From the NCBI GenBank assembly GCA_965248755.1, contig OZ252149.1, positions 3,104,001-3,168,000 on the forward strand: a DNA stretch of 64,000 nucleotides, given 5' to 3'. Source of the DNA: Candidatus Latescibacterota bacterium. Its GTDB lineage: Bacteria; Latescibacterota; CBDEFO01. The notes beneath the pieces were generated by a model, which saw only the letters and a list, made by a program, of their open reading frames with translations, was not told the origin of the DNA and did no database searches. This document shows positions 41,312 through 50,811 of this stretch, piece by piece; position 1 is the first letter of the stretch; each line of letters opens with the position of its first letter. Position numbers and translations under genes: made by a program.

Positions 41312-43027
41312 TCATCTCCGAGTTCCCAAGTTACTCCAATCGAAATCCCTCAAAGGGGGCCAAACCCTTGGAAAGTATTTCGAAAATAGAGAATGTTTTT
41401 CCTTCAACCTTTCGACAAAATCTTCACTCATTTCAAAACCTGTTGCCTTCACTATCTTTTCCAGAAATCGTTTACTCTCAGACTTTATCAGATAGCGCGG
41501 TGGTTTGTCCAGCCAGACAACACAGCTTCGGGGACACCATGTACTATATGAGCCTTGAGAATCCTCCTCGTGACAAACAGTTCTCATAAAAAGAAAATAG
41601 TCCGCCTCCAAAAATTCCCTGTGTTCAATGAGTTCTGATAATGCACTTTCATTAAATCGTTCTTTCAGAAGATCAGCCATTTTATTTCTGGTCTCGTCCA
41701 GAGAGCGAAGATAGTCATTGATGTCAACAAAAGGAAAGTATCTTCCACCACGTGCTTCAACAAAAAGGTCATCTATAAGTATATCTCCGATAATTTCCCA
41801 ATTATCGTGTCTTATTAGTGTGGCAATAAATGAAACAAACATTTCAAATACTAAGAACTTGTAGCCATCAGAGTCAGGCACATAATATAGTTTCAGAGCA
41901 CTACCGAAGAAGTTGTATATGGCTTCGATAGCCTCTCTATTTTTATATCTACTTGCTAACTGAGCGGCCTCAATAAAACGATATGAGATGGGTATTCCTT
42001 CCGCGATTTGTTCGTCTATAGCCTCATCATAATGTTCAAATTTTGAAAAATCTGGTTTAATTCGTTCTAAATCATTGAAAATACTTATAAGGTATTCTGA
42101 ATATAAAGGATCAATCAGTTCATTGGGAGATTTAAAAGCACGTTTCAAATCCGAAATAGTTGGTCCTGAGCCAATTGTAGGTGCCAAATCATCCAATCTC
42201 TCTAATAATCGAAAGTAATCGTCTATAAATTGACTAGCTCCTGTGCATGCGATGTAACAATCTTTTGCCTTTACCTTTAATATATTTTCAATTTCACCTT
42301 TGGGAGGGCTTGAATTAACCCAGAATAAAGGATAATAGTTGTAATTTCGCCTTTTGAATACTTTCTGTATACCTTTATCACGGCCAGAATAACCGAGTAC
42401 TAAAACGCCATGCTCGCTCAGAACTCTTATCAATTCTTTTTCCATTAATGGGGATAATTTCTCCAAATCTTTAGGCGTATTTTTTAACGCTCCACGACCC
42501 AGAGTCCCGTGAGGTTTATAGATCCTGACTGCTTTACACTGTATTAGTGGCTCTGAATTCTCTAGATCTTCATCTGTCGAAATTACTTGTGTGTCTAATC
42601 CTTTTTCCTCCAAAGCCCTTTCAATATAGTGGTCAAAATTTGTGGTAATAATAGCTCTTATGATTCCCTGTTCTGCTAGTTCAGCCATTCCTCTATGAGC
42701 CTGTCCAACTTCCCTATTACCTAAATAATTCTTAAGAAAGCTCTGCTGATCTGGATGCTTTGGATAAATTTCTCCTATAAGTTCTGCATACTCCATTTGA
42801 GCATACTGGCTATTTATAAACCATTCTTCTAAATCGACGTTCGGGTCTATCGTATTATTATCGTTAGCACAAAGCAAGTTGGCCGTTTCGAGCATTAAAT
42901 CCCAAGCTGTCGGTATCCCTGCATCCTTCGACACACCGGCACCTGCAAACAGAATATATTTCTTTTCCCCTGGCTCAGCACTTGCAGCCAATTTAATGAT
43001 AGGATCCATAAGCTTTTCTCTTCTCAA
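41312..43027 (-). CDS. SIR2-like (SIR2_2) domain protein with helical C-terminal region; possible anti-phage NADase
   Basis: FAGAGVS, ITTNFD, YKPHG and LGYSGRD motifs; visibly AT-rich; probable start MDPII at 43009. Confidence 0.8.
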   Translation of the reverse strand: MRREKLMDPIIKLAASAEPGEKKYILFAGAGVSKDAGIPTAWDLMLETANLLCANDNNTIDPNVDLEEWFINSQYAQMEYAELIGEIYPKHPDQQSFLKNYLGNREVGQAHRGMAELAEQGIIRAIITTNFDHYIERALEEKGLDTQVISTDEDLENSEPLIQCKAVRIYKPHGTLGRGALKNTPKDLEKLSPLMEKELIRVLSEHGVLVLGYSGRDKGIQKVFKRRNYNYYPLFWVNSSPPKGEIENILKVKAKDCYIACTGASQFIDDYFRLLERLDDLAPTIGSGPTISDLKRAFKSPNELIDPLYSEYLISIFNDLERIKPDFSKFEHYDEAIDEQIAEGIPISYRFIEAAQLASRYKNREAIEAIYNFFGSALKLYYVPDSDGYKFLVFEMFVSFIATLIRHDNWEIIGDILIDDLFVEARGGRYFPFVDINDYLRSLDETRNKMADLLKERFNESALSELIEHREFLEADYFLFMRTVCHEEDSQGSYSTWCPRSCVVWLDKPPRYLIKSESKRFLEKIVKATGFEMSEDFVERLKEKHSLFSKYFPRVWPPLRDFDWSNLGTRR

Positions 43028-43090
43028 TACGCCCCTTTTTCAGTCTTTCTCCCAAACAACGTCATTTCCACCCAAGCAACGTCTGTAAAA

Positions 43091-45382
43091 CTACCCTACC
43101 CTGCCGAAGTTATCCAGAAAGATCACAAAGTCGGACAGACCGATCTCTCCATCATTATCCAAATCAAATACAGAATTAGCTGGATCGGTCGTTGCCCCAA
43201 ACACATCCAAAAAACGGACAAAATCGGAGAGGCCTACTTCATTGTCCCCGTCGAAATCTCCTACAAGAATGCCCTCCACCTTACGTATCCGGTGATTGCC
43301 CTGATCCCCAATATAGATATTTCCCGATCCATCCACGAATACGCTCTGAGGAGAACTCAACCTCGCGCTGGTGGCTGGGCCTCCATCTCCAGAAAAACCA
43401 CGGCTGCCATCTCCTGCCACGGTGGAGATGATGCCAGATGTATCGACCTTGCGTATCCGGTGATTTAACCAATCCACTATATAGATAACGCCCGATCCAT
43501 CCACGAATACGTCATAAGGCCTATACAAACTCGCATCGGTAGCTGGACCACCATCACCGGAAAATCCACCACCACTCCCATTTCCCGCCACGGTGGAGAT
43601 GACGCCCGACGTATCCACCTTACGTATCCGGTAATTGTTCGCATCCGCGATATAGATAACTCCCGATCCATCCACGGATACGCCAAGAGGATTAAACAAG
43701 CTCCCACTGGTAGCTGGACCACCATCACCGGAAAATCCAAGCTCGCCATTTCCCGCTACGGTGGAGATGATACCCGACGCATCCACCTTACGTATCCGGT
43801 GATTGTTCGTATCCGCGATATAGATAACCCCCGATCCATCCACGGATACGCCAAGAGGATTAAACAAGCTCGCATCGGTAGCTGGACCACCATCACCGGA
43901 AAATCCACCGGCGTCAAAACCAGTAGCCCCACTTCCCGCCACGGTGGAGATGATGCCCGATGTGTCCACCTTACGTATCCGGTGATTGTACCGATCCACT
44001 ATATAGATAAGCCCCGATCCATCCACGGACACGTCAGAAGGAAAATTCAAGCTCGCATCGGTAGCTGGACCACCATCACCGGAAAATCCAAACGTGCCAT
44101 TTCCCGCCACGGTGGAGATGATGCCCGATGTGTCCACCTTACGTATCCGGCCATTGTTCATATCCGCAATATAGATATTGCCCGATCCATCCACGAATAC
44201 GCCACGAGGAGTAAAAAAGCTCGCATCGGTAGCTGGACCGCCATCACCGGAAAATCCAGCAATGCCATCTCTCGGCACGGTGGAGATGATACCCGATGTA
44301 TCCACCTTACGTATACGGTGATTGCCCCCATCCGCAATATAGATATTGCCCAATCCATCCATGAATACGGCCAGAGGCGAACTCAACCTCGCACTGGTGG
44401 CTGGACCTCCATCGCCAGAAAAACCACGGGTGCCATCTCCCGCCACGGTGGAGATGATATCCGACGTATCCACCTTACGTATCCGGTGATTGTGCTCATC
44501 CGCAATATAGATATTTCCCAATCCATCTACAAATACGCCAGAAGGCCCATCCAAGCTGGCACTGGTGGCAGGACCTCCATCGCCAGAAAATGCCCTGGTT
44601 CCATTTCCCGCCACGGTGGTGATAATGCCAGACGTATCCACCTTACGTATCCGATCATTGTACTCATCCGCAATGTAGATACTGCCTGATCCATCTACAA
44701 ATACGCCAGAAGGCCCATTCAAGCTCGCACTGGTGGCAGGACCTCCATCGCCAGAAAAACCACGGGTGCCATCTCCCGCCACAGTGGAGATGATGCCCGA
44801 CGTATCCACCTTACGTACCCTCTGATTGGACGTATCCGCTATATAGATATTGCCCGATGCATCCACGAATACGCCTTCAGGCCAAGTCAAGCTGGCGCTG
44901 GTAGCTGGACCCTCATCTCCAGAAAACCCATGGAATCCATTTCCCGCCACGGTGGTGATGATGCCCGACGTATCCACCTTACGTATACGGTGATTGCCCG
45001 TATCCACAATATAGATATTGCCCGATCCATCCACGAATACGCCCTCAGGAACATCCAAGCTCGCACTGGTGGCTGGACCTCCGTCGCCAGAAAATCCATC
45101 GGTGCCATCTCCCGCCACGATGGAGATGATACCTGATGTATCCACCTTACGTATCCAGTGATTGTGTTCCTCCGCAATATAGATATTGCCCGATCCATCC
45201 ACGAATACGTCATAAGGAGCATACAACCTCGCACTGATAGCAGGGTCACCATCGCCGACGCCTCCACCCGCCACCGTAGAAATATCGCCCGGCGCTGAAA
45301 GGGCTGAAGGGACAAATCCAAACATCCAAAAGCCCAATACCAAAATACTAATCAGAATCTCTTTGACGTGATCCTTTTTCAT
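43091..45382 (-). CDS. Secreted NHL-repeat protein (about 12 repeats) with EF-hand/dockerin-like tail
   Basis: ~56-aa repeats; paralog of 39544-41037 with matching N- and C-termini. Confidence 0.85.
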   Translation of the reverse strand: MKKDHVKEILISILVLGFWMFGFVPSALSAPGDISTVAGGGVGDGDPAISARLYAPYDVFVDGSGNIYIAEEHNHWIRKVDTSGIISIVAGDGTDGFSGDGGPATSASLDVPEGVFVDGSGNIYIVDTGNHRIRKVDTSGIITTVAGNGFHGFSGDEGPATSASLTWPEGVFVDASGNIYIADTSNQRVRKVDTSGIISTVAGDGTRGFSGDGGPATSASLNGPSGVFVDGSGSIYIADEYNDRIRKVDTSGIITTVAGNGTRAFSGDGGPATSASLDGPSGVFVDGLGNIYIADEHNHRIRKVDTSDIISTVAGDGTRGFSGDGGPATSARLSSPLAVFMDGLGNIYIADGGNHRIRKVDTSGIISTVPRDGIAGFSGDGGPATDASFFTPRGVFVDGSGNIYIADMNNGRIRKVDTSGIISTVAGNGTFGFSGDGGPATDASLNFPSDVSVDGSGLIYIVDRYNHRIRKVDTSGIISTVAGSGATGFDAGGFSGDGGPATDASLFNPLGVSVDGSGVIYIADTNNHRIRKVDASGIISTVAGNGELGFSGDGGPATSGSLFNPLGVSVDGSGVIYIADANNYRIRKVDTSGVISTVAGNGSGGGFSGDGGPATDASLYRPYDVFVDGSGVIYIVDWLNHRIRKVDTSGIISTVAGDGSRGFSGDGGPATSARLSSPQSVFVDGSGNIYIGDQGNHRIRKVEGILVGDFDGDNEVGLSDFVRFLDVFGATTDPANSVFDLDNDGEIGLSDFVIFLDNFGRVG

Positions 45383-46773
45383 GATGAATATGCCCCTTTT
45401 TCAGTCTTCCTCCCGAAGAACGTCATCAGGAGGATCTTAATATCCAATCCTATCGTCCAGTTTTCAATATAATATATGTCGTACTTGGTGCGCTCCTCAA
45501 TCGGGGCGTTGCCTCTCAGACCGTTCACCTGCGCCCAGCCCGACATCCCCGACTTAACCCTGTGCCTGTCCAGATACTGAGGGACTTCACTACCAAATTG
45601 ATCCACAAAGTACTCTCTTTCCGGTCTCGGTCCCACAAGACTCATCTCTCCTTTTAACACATTCCACAGCTGAGGAAGCTCGTCTATGCTCCATCGCCTC
45701 AAAAAGCGCCCGACAGGTGTCATCCTCGGATCGTCCTCGGCAGCCCAGACAGGTCCGGTCTCCCCTTCAGCGTCCTCTATCATAGACCGAAACTTAAAGA
45801 TAACGAACCTCCTGCCGTCTCTGCCCATTCTCTCCTGCCTATAAAAGGCAGGTCCTTTTGAAGTGGCCTTGATGATCAGCGCTAAAGGGAGGAACAGAGG
45901 CCATAGCACCACTAATAGAACTCCCGACACTGCAATGTCCATCCCGCGCTTGACCACGGCGTTCCAGCCCGAAAGCGGACGCCCTTTGAGACCCATGACC
46001 GGTACGCCGCCTATATTCCCCATCGAAACCTTCACAGCGAGCAGGTCGTAAAGATCTGGTACAAGATAGAACTCCACATCTAACCCCTCGCAATTAGAGA
46101 TAATTTTGGCTATTTTTTTTCTCTCGGACGGAGGAATCGTCAAAATCAAAAGGTCCAGCCCTTGCTCCGTTACAATCTCTCTTATTTTATCGACTTCCCC
46201 GATGCGCTCCTCTTTGGTGGAATCAAAACCTATAGTCCCGATCAGACTGTAGTCCATGTCCCCTCCTTGGAGGATACCTTCCAATACCCTCTCAGAAAAC
46301 TTCCCCGGTCCGACTACAGCGCACCTTTTGACATCCCATCCCTTCTTTTTCAACCTGTTTATGTACAATCGCAAAGCAAACCTCCCGGCGACCAGCAGGG
46401 CTGCGCTTAAGATCCACATGTATATAAAGGTCAAGCGCGAATAGGAAAATCCCCTGTATAAAAACGCGGCAGACATCACAGATAGCGACCCGACCGTGGT
46501 AGCCTTAAAGATCCTGAATATTTCATCTAAGACTGAATAGCTGCTCGACCTGTATAATCTCATAGCCCCCAATATAACTATCCAAAGGGGGATCACAAAA
46601 AGAGACGCCTTCACATAAAATCTCGCATCCGGTACTCCCTTGATCACAGGGAATATCCTCACAAGCGGAGAATCGAACCTCAACCAGTAAGAGCCATAGA
46701 GAGCCAGAGCCATCCCCAAAATATCCGATCCCAAAAGCAGGATCGGGAATAGGATTTCACCTTTTCTTTTCAT
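45379..46773 (-). CDS. Undecaprenyl-phosphate glucose phosphotransferase (WcaJ-like)
   Basis: Four TM segments, KRGMDI, FKFRSM, DELPQL, SLVGPRPE and GWAQVNG. Confidence 0.92.
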   Translation of the reverse strand: MKRKGEILFPILLLGSDILGMALALYGSYWLRFDSPLVRIFPVIKGVPDARFYVKASLFVIPLWIVILGAMRLYRSSSYSVLDEIFRIFKATTVGSLSVMSAAFLYRGFSYSRLTFIYMWILSAALLVAGRFALRLYINRLKKKGWDVKRCAVVGPGKFSERVLEGILQGGDMDYSLIGTIGFDSTKEERIGEVDKIREIVTEQGLDLLILTIPPSERKKIAKIISNCEGLDVEFYLVPDLYDLLAVKVSMGNIGGVPVMGLKGRPLSGWNAVVKRGMDIAVSGVLLVVLWPLFLPLALIIKATSKGPAFYRQERMGRDGRRFVIFKFRSMIEDAEGETGPVWAAEDDPRMTPVGRFLRRWSIDELPQLWNVLKGEMSLVGPRPEREYFVDQFGSEVPQYLDRHRVKSGMSGWAQVNGLRGNAPIEERTKYDIYYIENWTIGLDIKILLMTFFGRKTEKGAYSS

Positions 46774-47866
46774 CTCTCCATCTTTCCCAGCTTTTGTTCA
46801 CAAACTGATTTATCCTCTCCTTGAAGATGCTCCTGTCGAACCTCAGCGCCCAATCTCTTATAACTTTCGAATCAAATCTTGCCGGATCCAACGTCCTCAC
46901 CGCCTCCTGCAGCGCCTCAGGCTCTTGAGGATAGAAGAAGACCCCCGTCTTATCCTCCAGGACGCTCTCCAATGCCCCGCCGCCTCTAAATGCGATCACG
47001 GGTCTGCCGCTGGCCTGAGCCTCTAGTGGGACTATCCCGAAATCCTCCACACCCGGAAATATCAAGGCCCTCGCCTTTGAATATAACTCTTTTATCTCAT
47101 CGTCGGGAAGATGGCCCAAGAAAGTGATGTTTTTGGAAGCCATCTCCTTCAATTTTTCCTCCTCAGGCCCAGTTCCCACAACTATCAACTTGAGCCCAAG
47201 CCCCTTAAAGGCCTCCAGGGCTATATCCAGCCTCTTATACGGAACGAGTGATGACACCGCAAGGTAATAGTCGTCCACCTTCTCAGATATATGATAGTAC
47301 GCACCGTTCACAGGCGGATAGATCACGTGAGAATCCCTGTTGTAAAATCTCTTTATCCTATCCTGAACGAATTTGGAGATGGCCACAAAAAAATCCACCC
47401 CGTGCGCCGTTTTCCTGTCCCAGCTCCTGAGCCGACTCAAAAGGGGCTGAAGGGCGAGCGACCTCAATTTTCCTATCCTTTCATCCCCGAAATATTCCTT
47501 CCACATATCCCACACATATCGCATCGGAGTGTAACAGTAACAAATATGCAGGGACTGATCGCCCTTTTTAACGCCCTTCGCCGCGCAGTGGCTGCTCGAT
47601 AGTATGACGTCAAACTCTGAGACATCCAGTCCTTTTACAGCCGTGGGGAATAGTGGAAGAAGATACCTGTAGTTCTTTTCGGCTTTCGGAATATTCTGGA
47701 TAAAAGAAGTATGTATCCTGTGCTCTTCAATCTCAGAGGACACAGACCCCGGAACGTGCAGGAGAGTATAGACAGGAGCGCCGGGATAAAGCTTAGCGAA
47801 CACTTCAAGGCACCTTTCCCCTCCTCTTGTGCCCACTAACCAATCGTGCACCAAAGCTATATTCAT
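46757..47866 (-). CDS. GT4-family glycosyltransferase
   Basis: HDWL-x3-GGE, HICYCYTPMRY and EDFGIVPLEA motifs. Confidence 0.92.
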   Translation of the reverse strand: MNIALVHDWLVGTRGGERCLEVFAKLYPGAPVYTLLHVPGSVSSEIEEHRIHTSFIQNIPKAEKNYRYLLPLFPTAVKGLDVSEFDVILSSSHCAAKGVKKGDQSLHICYCYTPMRYVWDMWKEYFGDERIGKLRSLALQPLLSRLRSWDRKTAHGVDFFVAISKFVQDRIKRFYNRDSHVIYPPVNGAYYHISEKVDDYYLAVSSLVPYKRLDIALEAFKGLGLKLIVVGTGPEEEKLKEMASKNITFLGHLPDDEIKELYSKARALIFPGVEDFGIVPLEAQASGRPVIAFRGGGALESVLEDKTGVFFYPQEPEALQEAVRTLDPARFDSKVIRDWALRFDRSIFKERINQFVNKSWERWRDEKKR

Positions 47867-48085
47867 ATGGTCAAAACTTCTCTCCAGAAGCTTCTCTCAA
47901 TTTGCTCCTGGAAGCCCTTATCCTGGGCTATATGTTGAAGAAAAAGAGGGCGATTCCCAATATCTCTGTCAGACTCGAAAAAGCTATGAGCTAACCTGAG
48001 CCTTCATAATTGACAAATCCGCTTGCAACTTCAGAGGCGAATCTCAGCGATATAGCCCCTGTCATGAAAAAATATACAAGATTAG

Positions 48086-49601
48086 AAGCCTTGTGAAATA
48101 GTTATCTTGTAGGCAGCGTCTGAAACGCTTATTATGGGTCAAACAGTAGCATATCGTATCGTTTTGCTATGGAATAAGCAAAATAGTCTCATCAGAGTTC
48201 TGGTCAGCAAGGAATAGAAGCTGTTTGAAGAACAGGATGCACTGTCTTTGACAGACAGGGCACATATAGACGCTTTTCTCCTTCTTATGAAGGATACAAG
48301 CCTCTTGAGATTCTGCACTGTTGCAACAAGATTTAACTGTTCATTCAGTGAGGCCAATCCCCTGTAACGGGCTCGGCCCATACCGTGCTGTTGTTTGGCT
48401 TCAGCAAAGATATGTTCACTGCGTTTGCGGAGCTTCTGGGAGAGTCTGTAGTCAGATGTCAATGAGATAGATCGTGCATAATTCCTGGCCTTTGCCTCTC
48501 GCACTTTCTTATCTCGCTTGGCCTGAATATGTACGAAATTTGTCTTGTTTTTCCAAGTAGGAATTGGCTCAATCTCTTCACCTGATCGCAGAGGAATGTG
48601 GGGTGTGATTCCCCAGTCAAGTATATCAGCGATAAAACCACCAGAACCGTAACCGGTATCGGCAGTAAGTGTCTGAATGCCTTCGGGCATAGTGTATACT
48701 TCAAGATCATCAACCATCTTAAGGGCACTTTCAGTCTCGGCTGTCGCCTGTGTGCCCTGTGTCTCAAGGATTACTCTACTTTTTGTGTCGATGAGATCAT
48801 GACCCATAAACGAAAGAGAAGCCCCCGTGCCTTTTGACTTTTTGTATAAGAGAGCATCGGGGTCTGTAGTCGAACGGTGCGTCTGGTTCGTCCACTTTTC
48901 ACCATGAAAGTCCTTATCGTGAGAATGCCCAGACCTATCTTCGGCCTGTACCTTATCACCTTCAAAACCCATTTCCTTTAGGTAGTCATCAAGAGAAACA
49001 GGAAGCTCTATCGGCTCAATACTCTTCACCGAAGCATTCGCTCGTATCTGAGTGCCATCAACACTTAAGTGTTTACCGCTCACAAGACCGACATCTATAC
49101 AGCGCTGGACTACCTGACGCATTATCTGTTCAAACAATCCACTAGATGCCCACTTGTGATTGCGAAGCTTGTTGATCGTGCTTCTGTCTGGAACCTCATC
49201 CTCAAATGTCTGATGACAAAACAACCTATATGCCGCATGCATCGCCACTTCCTGACAAAGCCGATTCTCACTCAAATTATACAAATAGCCGATAAGGATC
49301 ATTCGAATAACTAATTCAGGATCAATACCGGGTCTGCCATTATCAGAGCAATAACAATCTGACACAACGTCTCGTACAAATGAAAAATCAACCGCTTTAT
49401 CAATTTGACGGAGAATATGGTCTTGGGGAACTAAATCCTCCATCTGAAAATAGTGAAATATCAGATTTGTCTGTTCCTTCTTTTGTGGCGTTATTATTTC
49501 CTCCATGTATAATATTATCAATGATATAATATAATACATGGAGATTGCTCCGTCAATGTTTTTATACTATTTGTTCGATTTAAGGGTTTTTCACAAGGCT
49601 T
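48086..49601 (-). mobile_element. IS1182-family insertion sequence, apparently intact
   Basis: 13-bp terminal IRs AAGCCTTGTGAAA / TTTCACAAGGCTT, flanked by a TTAG direct repeat (48082-48085 and 49602-49605). Confidence 0.9.
48139..49506 (-). CDS. IS1182-family DDE transposase
   Basis: VPQDH, GRPGIDP, VDGT-I-ANAS, STTDPDA, ADTGY and EHIFAEAK motifs. Confidence 0.92.
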   Translation of the reverse strand: MEEIITPQKKEQTNLIFHYFQMEDLVPQDHILRQIDKAVDFSFVRDVVSDCYCSDNGRPGIDPELVIRMILIGYLYNLSENRLCQEVAMHAAYRLFCHQTFEDEVPDRSTINKLRNHKWASSGLFEQIMRQVVQRCIDVGLVSGKHLSVDGTQIRANASVKSIEPIELPVSLDDYLKEMGFEGDKVQAEDRSGHSHDKDFHGEKWTNQTHRSTTDPDALLYKKSKGTGASLSFMGHDLIDTKSRVILETQGTQATAETESALKMVDDLEVYTMPEGIQTLTADTGYGSGGFIADILDWGITPHIPLRSGEEIEPIPTWKNKTNFVHIQAKRDKKVREAKARNYARSISLTSDYRLSQKLRKRSEHIFAEAKQQHGMGRARYRGLASLNEQLNLVATVQNLKRLVSFIRRRKASICALSVKDSASCSSNSFYSLLTRTLMRLFCLFHSKTIRYATV

Positions 49602-50724
49602 TTAGACTCCACTGAAGTAACAGGTGCTGATGGAGCTTATCTTTTCTCCTCGATCCCTAGGTAGTGTAGATTACAATCTCGTACCAGATAGATTCGATGC
49701 CCCTGCTGGCTTATCGGGGACGATAGTAAGTCTTACTGATGCTGCACTTACTTTAAGAATTGCTCTAAATTTGGATGTTCCAACTCCAGAGCAGTCCCGC
49801 GCTGCCGATGCGAATGGAGTGGGAGGCGTGACCCTTACTGATGCCGCACTTGTCTTGAGGTCCGCCCTCAGTCTCGATGCTACATGGCCTATAGGTAAAT
49901 TCTGGGTGTTTGAACCTGACACCGCTGAGTTTGTCTCATTACGCGCAGATACAGTTCAGAATTTCGCATCTATTCTTGTGGGCGATGTTAACGGTAGCTT
50001 GAAGGACATCGCTGCTGCAAAGGTAGTCGCGAGGGAGTCCCATATTCAGGTCGGCATAGGGGAAGTAAAGGATAAGGTCGAGAAGTTTATCACTGTTGCT
50101 TTGATGGTCAGTGAGGTCGAGGATATGTACGGCGCAGGCTTTACGATAGACTATCCCAATGATGTTCTGAGAATCAGGCACATTAAGACTACCCAACTGA
50201 CCGATGGATATATGCTGGCATCTAATTTGGATAAGGCGGACGATGTGGGGAAAGTGATATTCGGGATGATAAATGCTACTCCACTACAGGGGAGCGGTGC
50301 TATAGCTGAGTTAGTATTTGAGGTAATAGGCGAAGACGTTAGATCTGCGTCTTTTGGGTTAGTGGATGGAGATCTGTATGATCTTAAAGGACCCATGGGT
50401 GTCCAATTGTACGATGGGGAGTTTATGGCTCTTCCGGAGCAGGCTTCCTTAAGTCAGAACTATCCTAATCCGTTTAACCCGGAAACTACTATTGATTATG
50501 CTATTCCGGTCGGTAAGGAGCTAACGCCAGTTTCACTGAAGATATATAATATTTCTGGTCAAGTTGTCAGAACACTTGTGGATGAGGAGAAAGCGCCTGG
50601 TTTCTATACGGCTGTATGGGACGGTAGAGATAAGCAGGACAAAGTTGTTAGCAGTGGGATTTATTTCTACCGCATCGTAGCCGATAAGTTTATTTCTGTT
50701 AAGAAGATGGTGCTGTTGAAATAG
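49602..50724 (+). pseudogene. 5'-truncated secreted dockerin-cohesin-FlgD-Ig protein
   Basis: No signal peptide. An upstream frame reads LDSTEVTGADGAYLFSSIP then shifts. Dockerin ADANGVGGVTLTDA, cohesin and QNYPNPFNP tail are present. Confidence 0.65.
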
Positions 50725-50811
50725 TGTCCTATGATCTTCTCTGAGACATAATAATGACAGGTGAAACATGGTTGAATGACTTAAACGCTTTCTGATAAGG
50801 GTGAAGCGGTT

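Noticed and set aside
39990..45250. ~168-bp repeats with conserved GTATCCACCTTACGTATCCGG cores
   Set aside because: They are NHL protein repeats within two ORFs, not repeat-spacer arrays.
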